From IMG/VR virus record IMGVR_UViG_3300030433_001610, positions 1 to 38,269 of that record: a stretch of DNA of 38,269 nucleotides. One strand, written 5' to 3'. The DNA comes from a virus. Its lineage: Duplodnaviria; Caudoviricetes. The translations under genes and the position numbers were made by a program. Positions 17,637 through 27,041 of this stretch are shown here, one piece after another; position 1 is the first letter of the stretch; every line of letters begins with the position of its first letter. The notes under the pieces were generated by a model. It was given only the letters and a program-made list of their open reading frames with translations, was not told the DNA's origin and did no database searches.

Positions 17637-17950
17637 GCAGTTTTGAACGGGACTATCTTCTCCAAGACGGGAAGACCCAAAAGTGGGGTGCGGGAAAGGG
17701 AAAGGTTCGCACTGCATGGATTAAGTTCAAAGGACGAAACTGGATTGACATTCGTATGCTAAAGCGGAAGGACGATGGTTATGAACATACAAGAGAGGGA
17801 GTACGATTCACACCGAATCAAATCCGAGAACTCCTCCCTGTACTGGTCGAGATACTTGACCACATCGACTCCCACAGCGAAGAAGAAGAACGAAGGATTG
17901 CGAGGGAAGAAGATGAAAGCATACCTTCTCCGTTGGAAACAACGGAATAG
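17633..17950 (+). CDS. PC4/Sub1-like ssDNA-binding protein
   Basis: FKGRNWIDIR...HTREGVRFT...EL matches the PC4 pattern F.G...iDIR...PtkKGi.l. Confidence 0.75.
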   Translation: MSSFERDYLLQDGKTQKWGAGKGKVRTAWIKFKGRNWIDIRMLKRKDDGYEHTREGVRFTPNQIRELLPVLVEILDHIDSHSEEEERRIAREEDESIPSPLETTE

Positions 17951-18242
17951 GACATGGGAATTTGTCGATGGACCACTCGCAGGTGAGAGCCTTTCCTTCA
18001 CGCTCACCGATGTAGTACACAGTCTATTGCGTAGTCAAAGTGCATTGACTGCACGAAGCGCATTGCACAAAGGATGTCATCTCATAGTGAGCAAAAACTT
18101 TCACCCTGAAACTATACCATTCTTGAAAGTCCGTTCTGACAAGACGGGTGCGTTGTACGAGCATGATGAGCATGGTGCAGGGTGGATTGAGAACCTCATC
18201 GTTGATGATAGTGATAGGATATACTTGGGGGTACATGTATGA
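17913..18242 (+). CDS. Hypothetical protein
   Basis: MKAYLLRW...; ATGA overlap with the next gene. Confidence 0.55.
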   Translation: MKAYLLRWKQRNRTWEFVDGPLAGESLSFTLTDVVHSLLRSQSALTARSALHKGCHLIVSKNFHPETIPFLKVRSDKTGALYEHDEHGAGWIENLIVDDSDRIYLGVHV

Positions 18243-19480
18243 ATTTCCAGCGTCTATGTGCATTGGTATCAAAGATGCCACGTCATCTCACAACGAATGA
18301 CTTGACAATGGAAGAAGCCCTCACAGTGTGGCGTTTCTTGGATGCCAAAGAGAGGCTACCCATGACAGCACGACGTGTCAAGATACAACTTGCAAACGAG
18401 TGTGGTTGCTTTGTTGAACAACTTGATGCAGTTGGCGACAATGCACACATATCGAAAATCTTGACATGGGAATCCAACGACCAAAGCAAAGGCTTGAACG
18501 TTGATGAACTGATGGCGTTGGTACACAACATACCTGATGAGGACTGGTTGCTTGACCTATGCCGTTCAATGTCCTTAATTGAAGCCGAGATGTTTTGGCG
18601 TTGGGCATTGAATTATCGTTGGTCTTCGATACGTTACCGCATGGTTAAGTGGTTGAAGACAAGGCTCGACATGTCCGACATCAGCAACTACAATCCTGAA
18701 ATGCTGATACAGATGGTGTTTACAGGCATTGGGAGGGACAAATTGGCGGAGGAGATGTTCGTACCACTGCGTCCCTATACAAACAACAAACTTGGGATTG
18801 TTGGAACATCAAGTGAGTATTGGTTTGTCACTGATTGTAGCACACTCATACAGGTACATCGAGGTGCTGTACGTAATAGAGCCAAAGAACTCGTGGTAGA
18901 CCTGATGATGGATATACCGACAGATGCACCGCTTACATGGTGTTGGTTGAATCCACTCCAAACAAATTACATTCACAGCGAAAGTATAGAACTTCCGTTT
19001 TCCAAATACAAAGAGCCACTTCCTACATCGTGGGAAGAGTCTTTGCAACTCTTACACAATTACCCGAAGGGTGGTTTCCTCATCAAAGAATACGGTGAAT
19101 ACTTCTTGATGAGCAGTGGTACAGTGTCACTGACGGGGCAACTCATGTATTACAAGCGAGTCGGTGACAACATAGAGTTCACGCTCGGTTTCCGTGACGG
19201 TCTTGATGTTGTTGATGTACCTGACATCATTGCAATGACACAACTGCCGTTTGAGATTGAACAGCAATTGCGAAAGCAAAACATCAACGTCACTGCAAAG
19301 CAGGTTTCCGAACCGCTTTCTGATAATTTAACAGTAAAAGTAGAATTTACTTGGAGTCCACGACGCAAGTGGCACTTCATATACACTGGACTTTTCACTT
19401 CATACGGCTTGTCCGACGTGGATGAAATAGTCGATTACATATCATTGGTAGGTGAGAATTATGCCACAGGGTGGAAGTAG
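18239..19480 (+). CDS. Hypothetical protein, possibly a degenerate ATP-dependent DNA ligase
   Basis: MNFQRLC N-terminus, LIQVHRG, GGFLIK and FTLGFRD..LTVKVEF resemble ligase segments, but the KxDG lysine motif is absent. Confidence 0.4.
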   Translation: MNFQRLCALVSKMPRHLTTNDLTMEEALTVWRFLDAKERLPMTARRVKIQLANECGCFVEQLDAVGDNAHISKILTWESNDQSKGLNVDELMALVHNIPDEDWLLDLCRSMSLIEAEMFWRWALNYRWSSIRYRMVKWLKTRLDMSDISNYNPEMLIQMVFTGIGRDKLAEEMFVPLRPYTNNKLGIVGTSSEYWFVTDCSTLIQVHRGAVRNRAKELVVDLMMDIPTDAPLTWCWLNPLQTNYIHSESIELPFSKYKEPLPTSWEESLQLLHNYPKGGFLIKEYGEYFLMSSGTVSLTGQLMYYKRVGDNIEFTLGFRDGLDVVDVPDIIAMTQLPFEIEQQLRKQNINVTAKQVSEPLSDNLTVKVEFTWSPRRKWHFIYTGLFTSYGLSDVDEIVDYISLVGENYATGWK

Positions 19481-19760
19481 AAGAATAGATTTTAGTGCGT
19501 ACAAAAAAGCATTGATTGAGGTTGCCGAATATCACAAAGGTCAAGCCTTGAACAAGGAAGAGATGAATGAGTTTTGGGATTTAGTTGAGAACGCATATCG
19601 ACATCAAACAGGATTACATCACCTCTTCAAAACAAAGAAATTCAATCACAATGCAAGGGCTATCCCATTGCTCAAGAAACGAAACATGCTTACAGTGGAA
19701 AGATTAAGTTCGGCCTACAACTATGTCATTTATTCATTCGGTGGTGATACACATGAGTAG
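19461..19760 (+). CDS. Hypothetical protein
   Basis: SD AGGTGA; basic 99-aa ORF. Confidence 0.6.
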   Translation: MPQGGSRRIDFSAYKKALIEVAEYHKGQALNKEEMNEFWDLVENAYRHQTGLHHLFKTKKFNHNARAIPLLKKRNMLTVERLSSAYNYVIYSFGGDTHE

Positions 19761-20133
19761 GACAAAAGACTGGCTGACCAACGTAGGGCTTGGTATTTTA
19801 CTGTCGAAACTACGCTTCTCTACTACAGCCGAGAAGGTACACACTGGGGTGGGGTACAGACTCAAGCGTAAAATCGACATCACCTACGACAGCGACCAAG
19901 AGTTGCCTGTACAAATGTGGATTGAGGAGAGTGGATTACCTCCGCTACCCGCAACCGCTAACGCTGATGTAACCGAGTGGTTGGACACACTTGAGCCGTA
20001 CGCTCACCTGCTGACTAAGCAACGCTACTACGACACAATGGTGTACACATTCAACAATCCTGTACCCAGTACATCCTACGATGACTTCATTGACTGGGCG
20101 GAGGAGTTTGACCGAATGAGGGATGAAAATTGA
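19753..20133 (+). CDS. Hypothetical protein, possible inactive LAGLIDADG-fold DNA-binding protein
   Basis: The pattern GILL..F....K...GYRL...I.IT...WLDTLEPY..LLTKQ resembles single-domain LAGLIDADG proteins; no catalytic Asp. Confidence 0.35.
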   Translation: MSRTKDWLTNVGLGILLSKLRFSTTAEKVHTGVGYRLKRKIDITYDSDQELPVQMWIEESGLPPLPATANADVTEWLDTLEPYAHLLTKQRYYDTMVYTFNNPVPSTSYDDFIDWAEEFDRMRDEN

Positions 20134-20138
20134 TTTGC

Positions 20139-20161
20139 TTTATAAATTGGCAAAGAGAAAG
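20139..20161 (+). promoter_or_regulatory. Conserved viral promoter motif, copy 7
   Basis: TTTATAAATTGGCAAAGAGAAAG, 35 nt before ATG 20174. Confidence 0.8.
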
Positions 20162-20173
20162 AAGGTGAGAAAT

Positions 20174-21100
20174 ATGGACAATTGGAATGAGCAACTACGC
20201 CCTGTTACTGTCGATGAAATCGTCGGCAACAAGGAGTTCACAGATGACATGCGTCACTGGGTTGAGAACGATGCGTACCCATCAGCCGTCCTCTTACTCG
20301 GACCACCGGGTACAGGTAAGTCCAGTGCGGCCAATGTCATGTGTCGTACCATTCTCGGTAAGGCATACAACGCAATCAACATGCTTTGGACGAATGCCAG
20401 TGATGAACGAGGCATTGCCTTTGTCCGTGAAGAAATCAAACAGTTCTGTCGCTTGCGTGGTGTAGGCACAGATAAGAAGCCCATCGTCCTTGATGAGTTC
20501 GATGGCTTCACTGTACAAGCACAGCAAATTCTACGTGGTATTATGGAGCAATACTCCAATCGTATTGTATTTATCCTCACTGCAAATCAAGGTGAGAAGA
20601 TACACGATGCAATCAAGAGTCGATGTCGTACCTACGTGTTTGACCGTGTTGTTCCAAGTGAGGGTGCAAAGCACCTGTCACGACTTGATTTCCTACCGAG
20701 TGAGTGGGTGAAGAATTACCCTGCGCTCGTTGAACGAATGGATGGTGACCTACGAAAGAGTGTCAATTACCTGTCCACCCTTAAGCGCACACCTGATGCG
20801 CTTGACCATGTGGTGACACAGGACAGCGAAGACAACTGGTGGGCTGAACTTGATGAGCACAAGTTCGACAACATCCGCAAGACCCTGCATCAACGATTGA
20901 GAGATGCAGGTAATCGCACCACATTCATGCATGGACTGCACAAGTACATCAGCAAACAGTTCGACAATACGCCCGAAACAGCGTTTGCCGTAACATATGT
21001 TTGGGGTGAGATGATGCAGATGGTGCATGAATTTGTAGGTACTGATGCGGCATACGTGGACGTATTTACTGCTCGATTGAAAAAGGAGTTGAATCAATGA
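20174..21100 (+). CDS. rfcS: Replication factor C small subunit (clamp loader)
   Basis: WNEQLRP, GPPGTGKS, NASDERGI, LDEFD, SRC and GDLRK motifs. Confidence 0.92.
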   Translation: MDNWNEQLRPVTVDEIVGNKEFTDDMRHWVENDAYPSAVLLLGPPGTGKSSAANVMCRTILGKAYNAINMLWTNASDERGIAFVREEIKQFCRLRGVGTDKKPIVLDEFDGFTVQAQQILRGIMEQYSNRIVFILTANQGEKIHDAIKSRCRTYVFDRVVPSEGAKHLSRLDFLPSEWVKNYPALVERMDGDLRKSVNYLSTLKRTPDALDHVVTQDSEDNWWAELDEHKFDNIRKTLHQRLRDAGNRTTFMHGLHKYISKQFDNTPETAFAVTYVWGEMMQMVHEFVGTDAAYVDVFTARLKKELNQ

Positions 21101-22434
21101 CTTGGCAAGAAGAAGACGAATACATGGAGATTGAAAACATGAACGAAGAAACGAATGGGTTTGGACAAGTGCAAGAATCCACGAGCAAGGACTTACCGAA
21201 AGGTGTCCTTGTTCGTATGAATGCATTTGCTGAACGTACAGGAAAGAAGCCCGAAGAAGCACGACAAATGTACCTTGACTACATCAAGGAGCATTACGGT
21301 GTGGATGACTACACAGAAGAAACAGATGAAGACCTGCTCATTGATTGGGCTGAACAAGTGTTCACTGAAACTCGCAAGCAAAGCGGTGGAAGCAATGCGA
21401 ACCTATCGACGTGGGTCGGTGAGTTCGTAGGTGTACAAGACCGAGCACGAGATAGGCTTGAGAGAATTCTTGCAAGCAACATCAAGTTGTATCAGAATGA
21501 CCCTAACGAAGCGATTGGTAGTGGTCGTCTTGGTGTGTTTGAAAAGACTGGTGCAAACTGGTCACTGCACACGAAGAACGGTGTCAAGAAACTTGAGGCA
21601 TCGTCTGATGAGAATCCACCATTCGGTGTCAAGGTAGACCAAGATTGGGTGTGCCTTACATCGTACAACGATGACCCTGCGCCGTACAAGAAGATGGGTC
21701 GCTACTACTACTTCCTCGGCAACGAAGAGGAGAAGTTTGTCAAGCAAGGTGAGGTCGCCTTGTGGCGCATTGACTTGAACAACGAGTTGTCAAACCTTGA
21801 AGTGGACATTGGGCGACCATGTAAGATTCAGGTCGTACCTCCACGAGAGAATGCGAATGAGAACTTCAAGGATGTACTTGGAACATACCGTTCCTTTGAG
21901 ATTGAATACACAGATGACTTCGTTGCTGACAATGTGAAGCCTCTTCTCAATGCATCCAAGTTTTGGACATCACGAGATTTGGGTCACGACTACTACGTAC
22001 ACATTGACGAACTTGAGGAGGCGTTTGAAACTCGCAAGGAGAGTGGCATGATTGATGGCGAGAAGCGTTCATGGGGTCCACTCGTGTTCACACGAGGTAT
22101 GGTATCAACACTCAACACAGAACCTCGTGAGAGCGAGTATGACCCTGAAGGTTACAACTACTCCATGACGCTCACCAGTAGCATTACAGGTGACATGACG
22201 TGTTGGATTTCAGGTGCAGTCGGTAAACTCACAACACCGTTCAAAGCGGGTTGGGGCGACGATGCGTTTGACATTGCAGAAAATTCCACAGTGCTTGTCT
22301 TTGGCCGTCTTGGTATGAAAGAGTACAACGGTGTTGTATCACCCAAGATGACCGTCATGGGTGTCTATGCTGACCCAAGACGAAGCCGACGACGTGCAAC
22401 TGGTGGTAACACAGGAGTAGGACAATTCGATTAG
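21097..22434 (+). CDS. Putative ssDNA-binding (RPA/OB-fold) replication protein
   Basis: Acidic and beta-rich, with a C-terminal OB-like segment (STVLVFGR..MTVMGVY); lies between RFC and the ATPase. Confidence 0.4.
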   Translation: MTWQEEDEYMEIENMNEETNGFGQVQESTSKDLPKGVLVRMNAFAERTGKKPEEARQMYLDYIKEHYGVDDYTEETDEDLLIDWAEQVFTETRKQSGGSNANLSTWVGEFVGVQDRARDRLERILASNIKLYQNDPNEAIGSGRLGVFEKTGANWSLHTKNGVKKLEASSDENPPFGVKVDQDWVCLTSYNDDPAPYKKMGRYYYFLGNEEEKFVKQGEVALWRIDLNNELSNLEVDIGRPCKIQVVPPRENANENFKDVLGTYRSFEIEYTDDFVADNVKPLLNASKFWTSRDLGHDYYVHIDELEEAFETRKESGMIDGEKRSWGPLVFTRGMVSTLNTEPRESEYDPEGYNYSMTLTSSITGDMTCWISGAVGKLTTPFKAGWGDDAFDIAENSTVLVFGRLGMKEYNGVVSPKMTVMGVYADPRRSRRRATGGNTGVGQFD

Positions 22435-22445
22435 GAGGAATGAAT

Positions 22446-23396
22446 ATGGCGGGGTTTGGACAACAGGTACAGAACATCAAAGAAGAAGTGAAAGAAGCGA
22501 AGAAGGAAGCGACAGCACAAGCGGCTGTTGCGGCTGATAATCCCTTTGCGGCTTTCGAGAAAGAACAAGCACTACTGGTGAATGCGAAACAGAAGAAGTA
22601 TCAGTTCATCGGTGTATGGGGCGAAGACGGAACGGGCAAGAGTGGTATCATTCTCGATGCGTTCCGCAACGACAAGAACAAGGTGGAGGGTTCAATCCTT
22701 CACTCGATTGATTTCGACATGGGTGTGGGTATGCTTTCATCAGCATTGCATCCCCAAGAGAACATCATCTCATGGAATCCGTGGGCGATGAGTCATAACG
22801 ACCGTACAGCCTACAACTATCCTGACACACATCAACGTGTCATGAACCTGATGAAGCACTTCTACAATCAAGTGCAACAAGGCGTACCGATTTGGGGTGT
22901 CATCATCAGTGGTGTTGATTCATGGCTTGAGATATGCACCAACAACATGCGTATCGTGGACTTGGGATTGGCAAGCGATGCTATCCAAGCGGCTGACGGC
23001 GGTGGTACAGCGAAGGTCGATAAGCAATCGACATGGGCTATCCGCAACACTCGTTTCCACCAATTGACCTCGCTCTCTCGTGACCTTGTTCGCATGGGCG
23101 TACGTGTCTTTTGGGAAACGCACGTCACGACGAGGGACTTTTATGGACCCAATAAGCGATTCGTTGCTGACTGGGAGAAGAAGACCAACAACTACCTTCC
23201 TACCATCTTGAAGACCGAGAAAGAAGAAGTCTTCGATGCGGATGGAGAATTGATTGAAACGGTCTACTACGTAGTGTTCGACAAGTGTAAGACGAACCCG
23301 AACCTACAAGACCAACGACGTAAGATATTCGTTACAAGACCTGATGGCGAGCCTGAATGGTATGGCCTTCCGGAATTGTATCAAGGAGAACTTTGA
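22446..23396 (+). CDS. RecA/RadA-superfamily (Sak4/AAA_24-like) ATPase
   Basis: Walker A GEDGTGKS, IDFD.G, Walker-B-like IISGVD, ETH, FDKCK. Confidence 0.7.
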   Translation: MAGFGQQVQNIKEEVKEAKKEATAQAAVAADNPFAAFEKEQALLVNAKQKKYQFIGVWGEDGTGKSGIILDAFRNDKNKVEGSILHSIDFDMGVGMLSSALHPQENIISWNPWAMSHNDRTAYNYPDTHQRVMNLMKHFYNQVQQGVPIWGVIISGVDSWLEICTNNMRIVDLGLASDAIQAADGGGTAKVDKQSTWAIRNTRFHQLTSLSRDLVRMGVRVFWETHVTTRDFYGPNKRFVADWEKKTNNYLPTILKTEKEEVFDADGELIETVYYVVFDKCKTNPNLQDQRRKIFVTRPDGEPEWYGLPELYQGEL

Positions 23397-23417
23397 TATT
23401 CACACATTACAGGGGTT

Positions 23418-23528
23418 CTGTGTGATGGGTTTGACAAGTAATTGGGGCATACCTTCCTTGTTCGGGCATCCCGCCTTCTGTCGGGGGGTTTCTTCCACTT
23501 TCCTCCCGCCCCTCCCCATCACATGCAG
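23418..23528 (+). ncRNA. Candidate structured RNA / 5' leader with C/U-rich loops
   Basis: Closing stem TGTGATGGG 23421-29 / CCCATCACA 23515-23; internal hairpins include CGGGGGG/CCTCCCG; G-U pairs favour the + strand. Confidence 0.5.
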
Positions 23529-23541
23529 TTAAGGTGATTTT

Positions 23542-24303
23542 ATGGTAAAAGTAACAGTGAACAGAAATGATTTTCAGTCGTTCCTTATGTCCTTTGCAAA
23601 GGACTTGGACGACCTGCGAATTGCTTGCAGTGGTGCGTTCTTGACGGTTGAGGTGGCCTATGCCAACCACTACCTACGCAAGAGGTTTCCAGTAGAAACA
23701 GGGGCTATTGAGGAAGAGGGCTTCATTCACATCGCACTGATGGACAAGTTCTTGAAGTTCATCAAGGCGAGCAAGCAAACCAACATCACACTGCGACAGA
23801 CTGCACCAGTGAAGCCACTGCACATCGACGCAGGTGGCAACCGACTACAGATACCAAGCACAGAAGACATTGAATCGTTTGCGAAGGTCAATGCAATGGG
23901 TCGGGTCATCAGTGCATGTATCGACAGCAACTTCACTATGTTCTACAAATCACCATTGAGTGCTCACGGAAGCATATCTGATACGAAGGATTTGATTTCA
24001 CTCGCAGGTATGCGTAAGGTCATCGCTGACAATGCACAGTTCAAGGTACGTACGCACTGCGGTGAGAACGAGTTCGGTATTGTTGCAGGTAAGGCGGCAA
24101 GTGGTCGCTTGTTTACCACGTTACCCATCACGGACACAGACGGACCTTCGGCTACCATTCAATCCAACTTCGGTGAGTGGTTGCCTGTTTGTCTGATGTA
24201 TCTCGATGAAGGTACTGCACGCTTCCACATGGGTGATGGTACTCCGCTTATCTTTGACCAAACCAATACTTTACTGGTTGTAATAGACGAGGGAGATGAA
24301 TGA
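23542..24303 (+). CDS. PCNA-like sliding clamp (divergent)
   Basis: 253 aa with clamp-like alternation of helices and strands; ends PLIFD...LLVV; immediately upstream of PolB and near RFC. Confidence 0.6.
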   Translation: MVKVTVNRNDFQSFLMSFAKDLDDLRIACSGAFLTVEVAYANHYLRKRFPVETGAIEEEGFIHIALMDKFLKFIKASKQTNITLRQTAPVKPLHIDAGGNRLQIPSTEDIESFAKVNAMGRVISACIDSNFTMFYKSPLSAHGSISDTKDLISLAGMRKVIADNAQFKVRTHCGENEFGIVAGKAASGRLFTTLPITDTDGPSATIQSNFGEWLPVCLMYLDEGTARFHMGDGTPLIFDQTNTLLVVIDEGDE

Positions 24304-26702
24304 TAATCGACTGGTATTCTGAAAGTGCGTACGACGCACCAGTGTTGTACCTACGTACTCGTGGGTCTGATGGTGTACTGCACGAGCGATACATACGTGC
24401 GGAAGATGAAGACTACGTACGACCTTTCTGTTGGGTAGACCAAGCCGCACCTACACACGTACTACGTAGGATGCAACGGCTCAACGCCACCATACACTAC
24501 GATGAGGTGGCACAGGGATTGTACGGTAACAAGTTGTGGAAGGTATCAGTATCGCACCCCAACACACTATGGCAACTCAAAGACCGATGTGACCGTTGGA
24601 CACACGAGGCTGATGTATCGTATCAAGACCAAGTGCTGATGAAACTCTACCCTGATGAGATACCCGACTTCCAACCTCGCAAGTGGTACTACGACCTTGA
24701 GTGGAATCCAAACGGTGACAACGACTACACGACAGTGATGGCCGTTGTCGATACCGACATGGACCACCCAGTAGTGTTTGCATGGAGTGAGGACAGTGCG
24801 CTGAACAATGTGTACAAGACTGAATGGATTGACCGATACGACGGTTACGAGTTACGTACGTTCCCCAATGAGCACAAGATGCACGATGGCTTCTTATCCT
24901 TCCTTGAAGAACGTGACCCTGACATTCTGATTGCACACGCAGGTCACTGGGCTGACCTGCCTCATCTACACAAGAGGCTCGGTGTCGAGCGTGAGCGCAT
25001 GTCACCACTCAATATCTTCATTGCACCACCAAAGGATGGGTCGGGGTACAAGACAACACGCCAACCCATCAAAGGACGACTGGTGTACGACACAGCCGCA
25101 CAGTGGACAGACGGTACAGGCTTTGAGGCCATATGGCAAAAGTCGGGCAACGGTCAAGCCGAGTCAAGAAAGTTGGATTGGTTCGCCAAGAAACTTGGTT
25201 TCGCAGGTAAACTAACCAATGAGATTCAAGGCATGACTGTATTCAATGGTTGGACAGATTACTACGATGACTTCGTTGATTACTGTTTGGTGGACACAAC
25301 GCTCTTGCGTGACTGTGATGAGAAGTTGCACTGCACTGACTTCCACGTTGCACTACAGAAGGTCTGTGGTGTACAGTTCGCAAGCACACACAAGGTGACT
25401 CGTTACTTCCGTGGTCTGATAGGACGACGTACGGAACTCAAAGCACCTTCTTCTTTCGTTGAAGAACGACCCGAACTTGAAGCGGCATGGGTTATGCAAC
25501 CTGTAGCGGGTCGCCATGAGAACGTGGCTCTCATGGATTTCGCTTCACTGTACCCCAACATCATTCTCTCCGCAAACCTGTGTTGGACGACGCAGGTGGA
25601 TGAGGGTGGTGAGGGTATACTCACACTCAACATTCCACCAAAGCGTGACAAGGATGGCACGTTCATTCAAGGCACTGGTGGTATATTCCACTTTGACCAA
25701 TCGAAGGAAGGATTGTTCCCGAAGGTTGTTAAAGAACTACTTGCTCTACGTAAGGAGTACAAATCACGTATGAAAGATGCGACTAACCCTGATGAGAAAC
25801 TGGGGTACAACATGCTACAAATGGCCGTCAAGGTCGCAGTCAATGCACTGTACGGCATGACAGGTACACGTAAGATTTCAGGCCAATGGAGCAACTATGC
25901 CATTGCACAGTCCATCACCTATCTTGGTCGCAAGTCCATCACTATGCTTGTTGATGAATGCGAGAAGCGTGGTCACAAAGCACTGGCGGGTCACACAGAC
26001 TCGGTGTATGTGCAAGTACCATTCGATGAGGCACATGACCTGTGCGATGAATTAACTGCTATTGCACAGGACGATATGAACTTGGCCTACCTCGATGTTG
26101 AGTTTGAGGCATTCTTCCCGTATTGGTTCACAGCCAACACCAAGAACCGCAACTTCGGTATCAAGTCCTTCCCTCCTGAAGACGAGGGTAAGATGAAGGT
26201 CACTGGGTATTCACTCAAAGCATCGAATGCACCTGCTATTACGAAAGAGATTCTTTCGACAGCGTTCACGCTGATTGGTACTGGGGCTGATGAGGATGAG
26301 GTGTACGCTCAAGTGCGACCTCTCATCAAGCAGTTGTACAAAGGCGAGCGTGACGTGCAAGAGATTGCCTCAAGTGGGCGTATCTCCAAGCATCTACATG
26401 AGTACGACAAGGTTGTACCCAACCCTGCAAAGGCGGCACGCTACTCCAACCTTCACCTTCAAACCGACTTCAACAAGGGCGACAGCGTACGATGGGTATT
26501 TATCGACGGTGTTCCCGAAGGACAACCCATGTGCAACGTCGTAGCGTTTGAAGAACCTCACCAGTTGGAGGGCTACAGCATCGACTGGACGACCACTGTT
26601 GAGAAATGGATTCGGTCGAAAATCAAATCAGTATACGAAACTCTCTATTGGAACTTGGATGCCCTAACGGACTTGCGAGTGCCGAAGAGGTATGGATGGT
26701 GA
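24300..26702 (+). CDS. polB: Family B DNA polymerase
   Basis: ExoI YDLEW, ExoIII YCLVD, DFASLYPNII, KVAVNALYG, GHTDS, KNRNFG. Confidence 0.97.
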   Translation: MIIDWYSESAYDAPVLYLRTRGSDGVLHERYIRAEDEDYVRPFCWVDQAAPTHVLRRMQRLNATIHYDEVAQGLYGNKLWKVSVSHPNTLWQLKDRCDRWTHEADVSYQDQVLMKLYPDEIPDFQPRKWYYDLEWNPNGDNDYTTVMAVVDTDMDHPVVFAWSEDSALNNVYKTEWIDRYDGYELRTFPNEHKMHDGFLSFLEERDPDILIAHAGHWADLPHLHKRLGVERERMSPLNIFIAPPKDGSGYKTTRQPIKGRLVYDTAAQWTDGTGFEAIWQKSGNGQAESRKLDWFAKKLGFAGKLTNEIQGMTVFNGWTDYYDDFVDYCLVDTTLLRDCDEKLHCTDFHVALQKVCGVQFASTHKVTRYFRGLIGRRTELKAPSSFVEERPELEAAWVMQPVAGRHENVALMDFASLYPNIILSANLCWTTQVDEGGEGILTLNIPPKRDKDGTFIQGTGGIFHFDQSKEGLFPKVVKELLALRKEYKSRMKDATNPDEKLGYNMLQMAVKVAVNALYGMTGTRKISGQWSNYAIAQSITYLGRKSITMLVDECEKRGHKALAGHTDSVYVQVPFDEAHDLCDELTAIAQDDMNLAYLDVEFEAFFPYWFTANTKNRNFGIKSFPPEDEGKMKVTGYSLKASNAPAITKEILSTAFTLIGTGADEDEVYAQVRPLIKQLYKGERDVQEIASSGRISKHLHEYDKVVPNPAKAARYSNLHLQTDFNKGDSVRWVFIDGVPEGQPMCNVVAFEEPHQLEGYSIDWTTTVEKWIRSKIKSVYETLYWNLDALTDLRVPKRYGW

Positions 26703-26706
26703 TGAC

Positions 26707-26925
26707 ATGAGTAAATGGAAATTTTGGAAAAAAGTGACCGAAGCGGAAACTGTACAATCAAAGGTAAAGTATTGCTGTAACTGCGGTGGTAAGATTATGC
26801 GACAGACTACACTGGATGAGTTCTTTGACATGACTCCTCCATCACAGAAGCGATTGACGGATTACGAGATGACTGAAAGCGTGGGCTTTGGTAACACCCC
26901 ACGTAGATACAGGGGGATGATTTGA
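26707..26925 (+). CDS. Small protein with PIP-box motif
   Basis: QTTLDEFF fits Qxx[LIM]xxFF; CCNC; SD GGTGA. Confidence 0.6.
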   Translation: MSKWKFWKKVTEAETVQSKVKYCCNCGGKIMRQTTLDEFFDMTPPSQKRLTDYEMTESVGFGNTPRRYRGMI

Positions 26926-27041
26926 TGCCTCGCCCTTGCGCCAAGCGTGGGTGTGGTTTACCTGCACATCGTGGCTTCCGTTTCTGTGCGGGTCCAAGAT
27001 GTTCTGAATTATGGAAGAAGAAGAAGGAGGAAGAGGAATGA
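26925..27041 (+). CDS. Small Cys4 zinc-finger peptide (not in ORF track)
   Basis: MPRPCAKRGC..FCAGPRC..KEEEE; TGATG and ATGA overlaps on either side. Confidence 0.55.
   Translation: MPRPCAKRGCGLPAHRGFRFCAGPRCSELWKKKKEEEE

Noticed and set aside
23397-23541. tRNA gene or simple terminator
   Set aside because: No TTC-containing T-loop, D-loop or 7-nt anticodon-loop geometry was found, and the region is multi-hairpin with no U-tract after the closing stem.
24300-26702. Intein or intron in PolB, RFC or the MCM-like gene
   Set aside because: Lengths are normal or short, motifs are contiguous, and no intein terminal signatures were seen.
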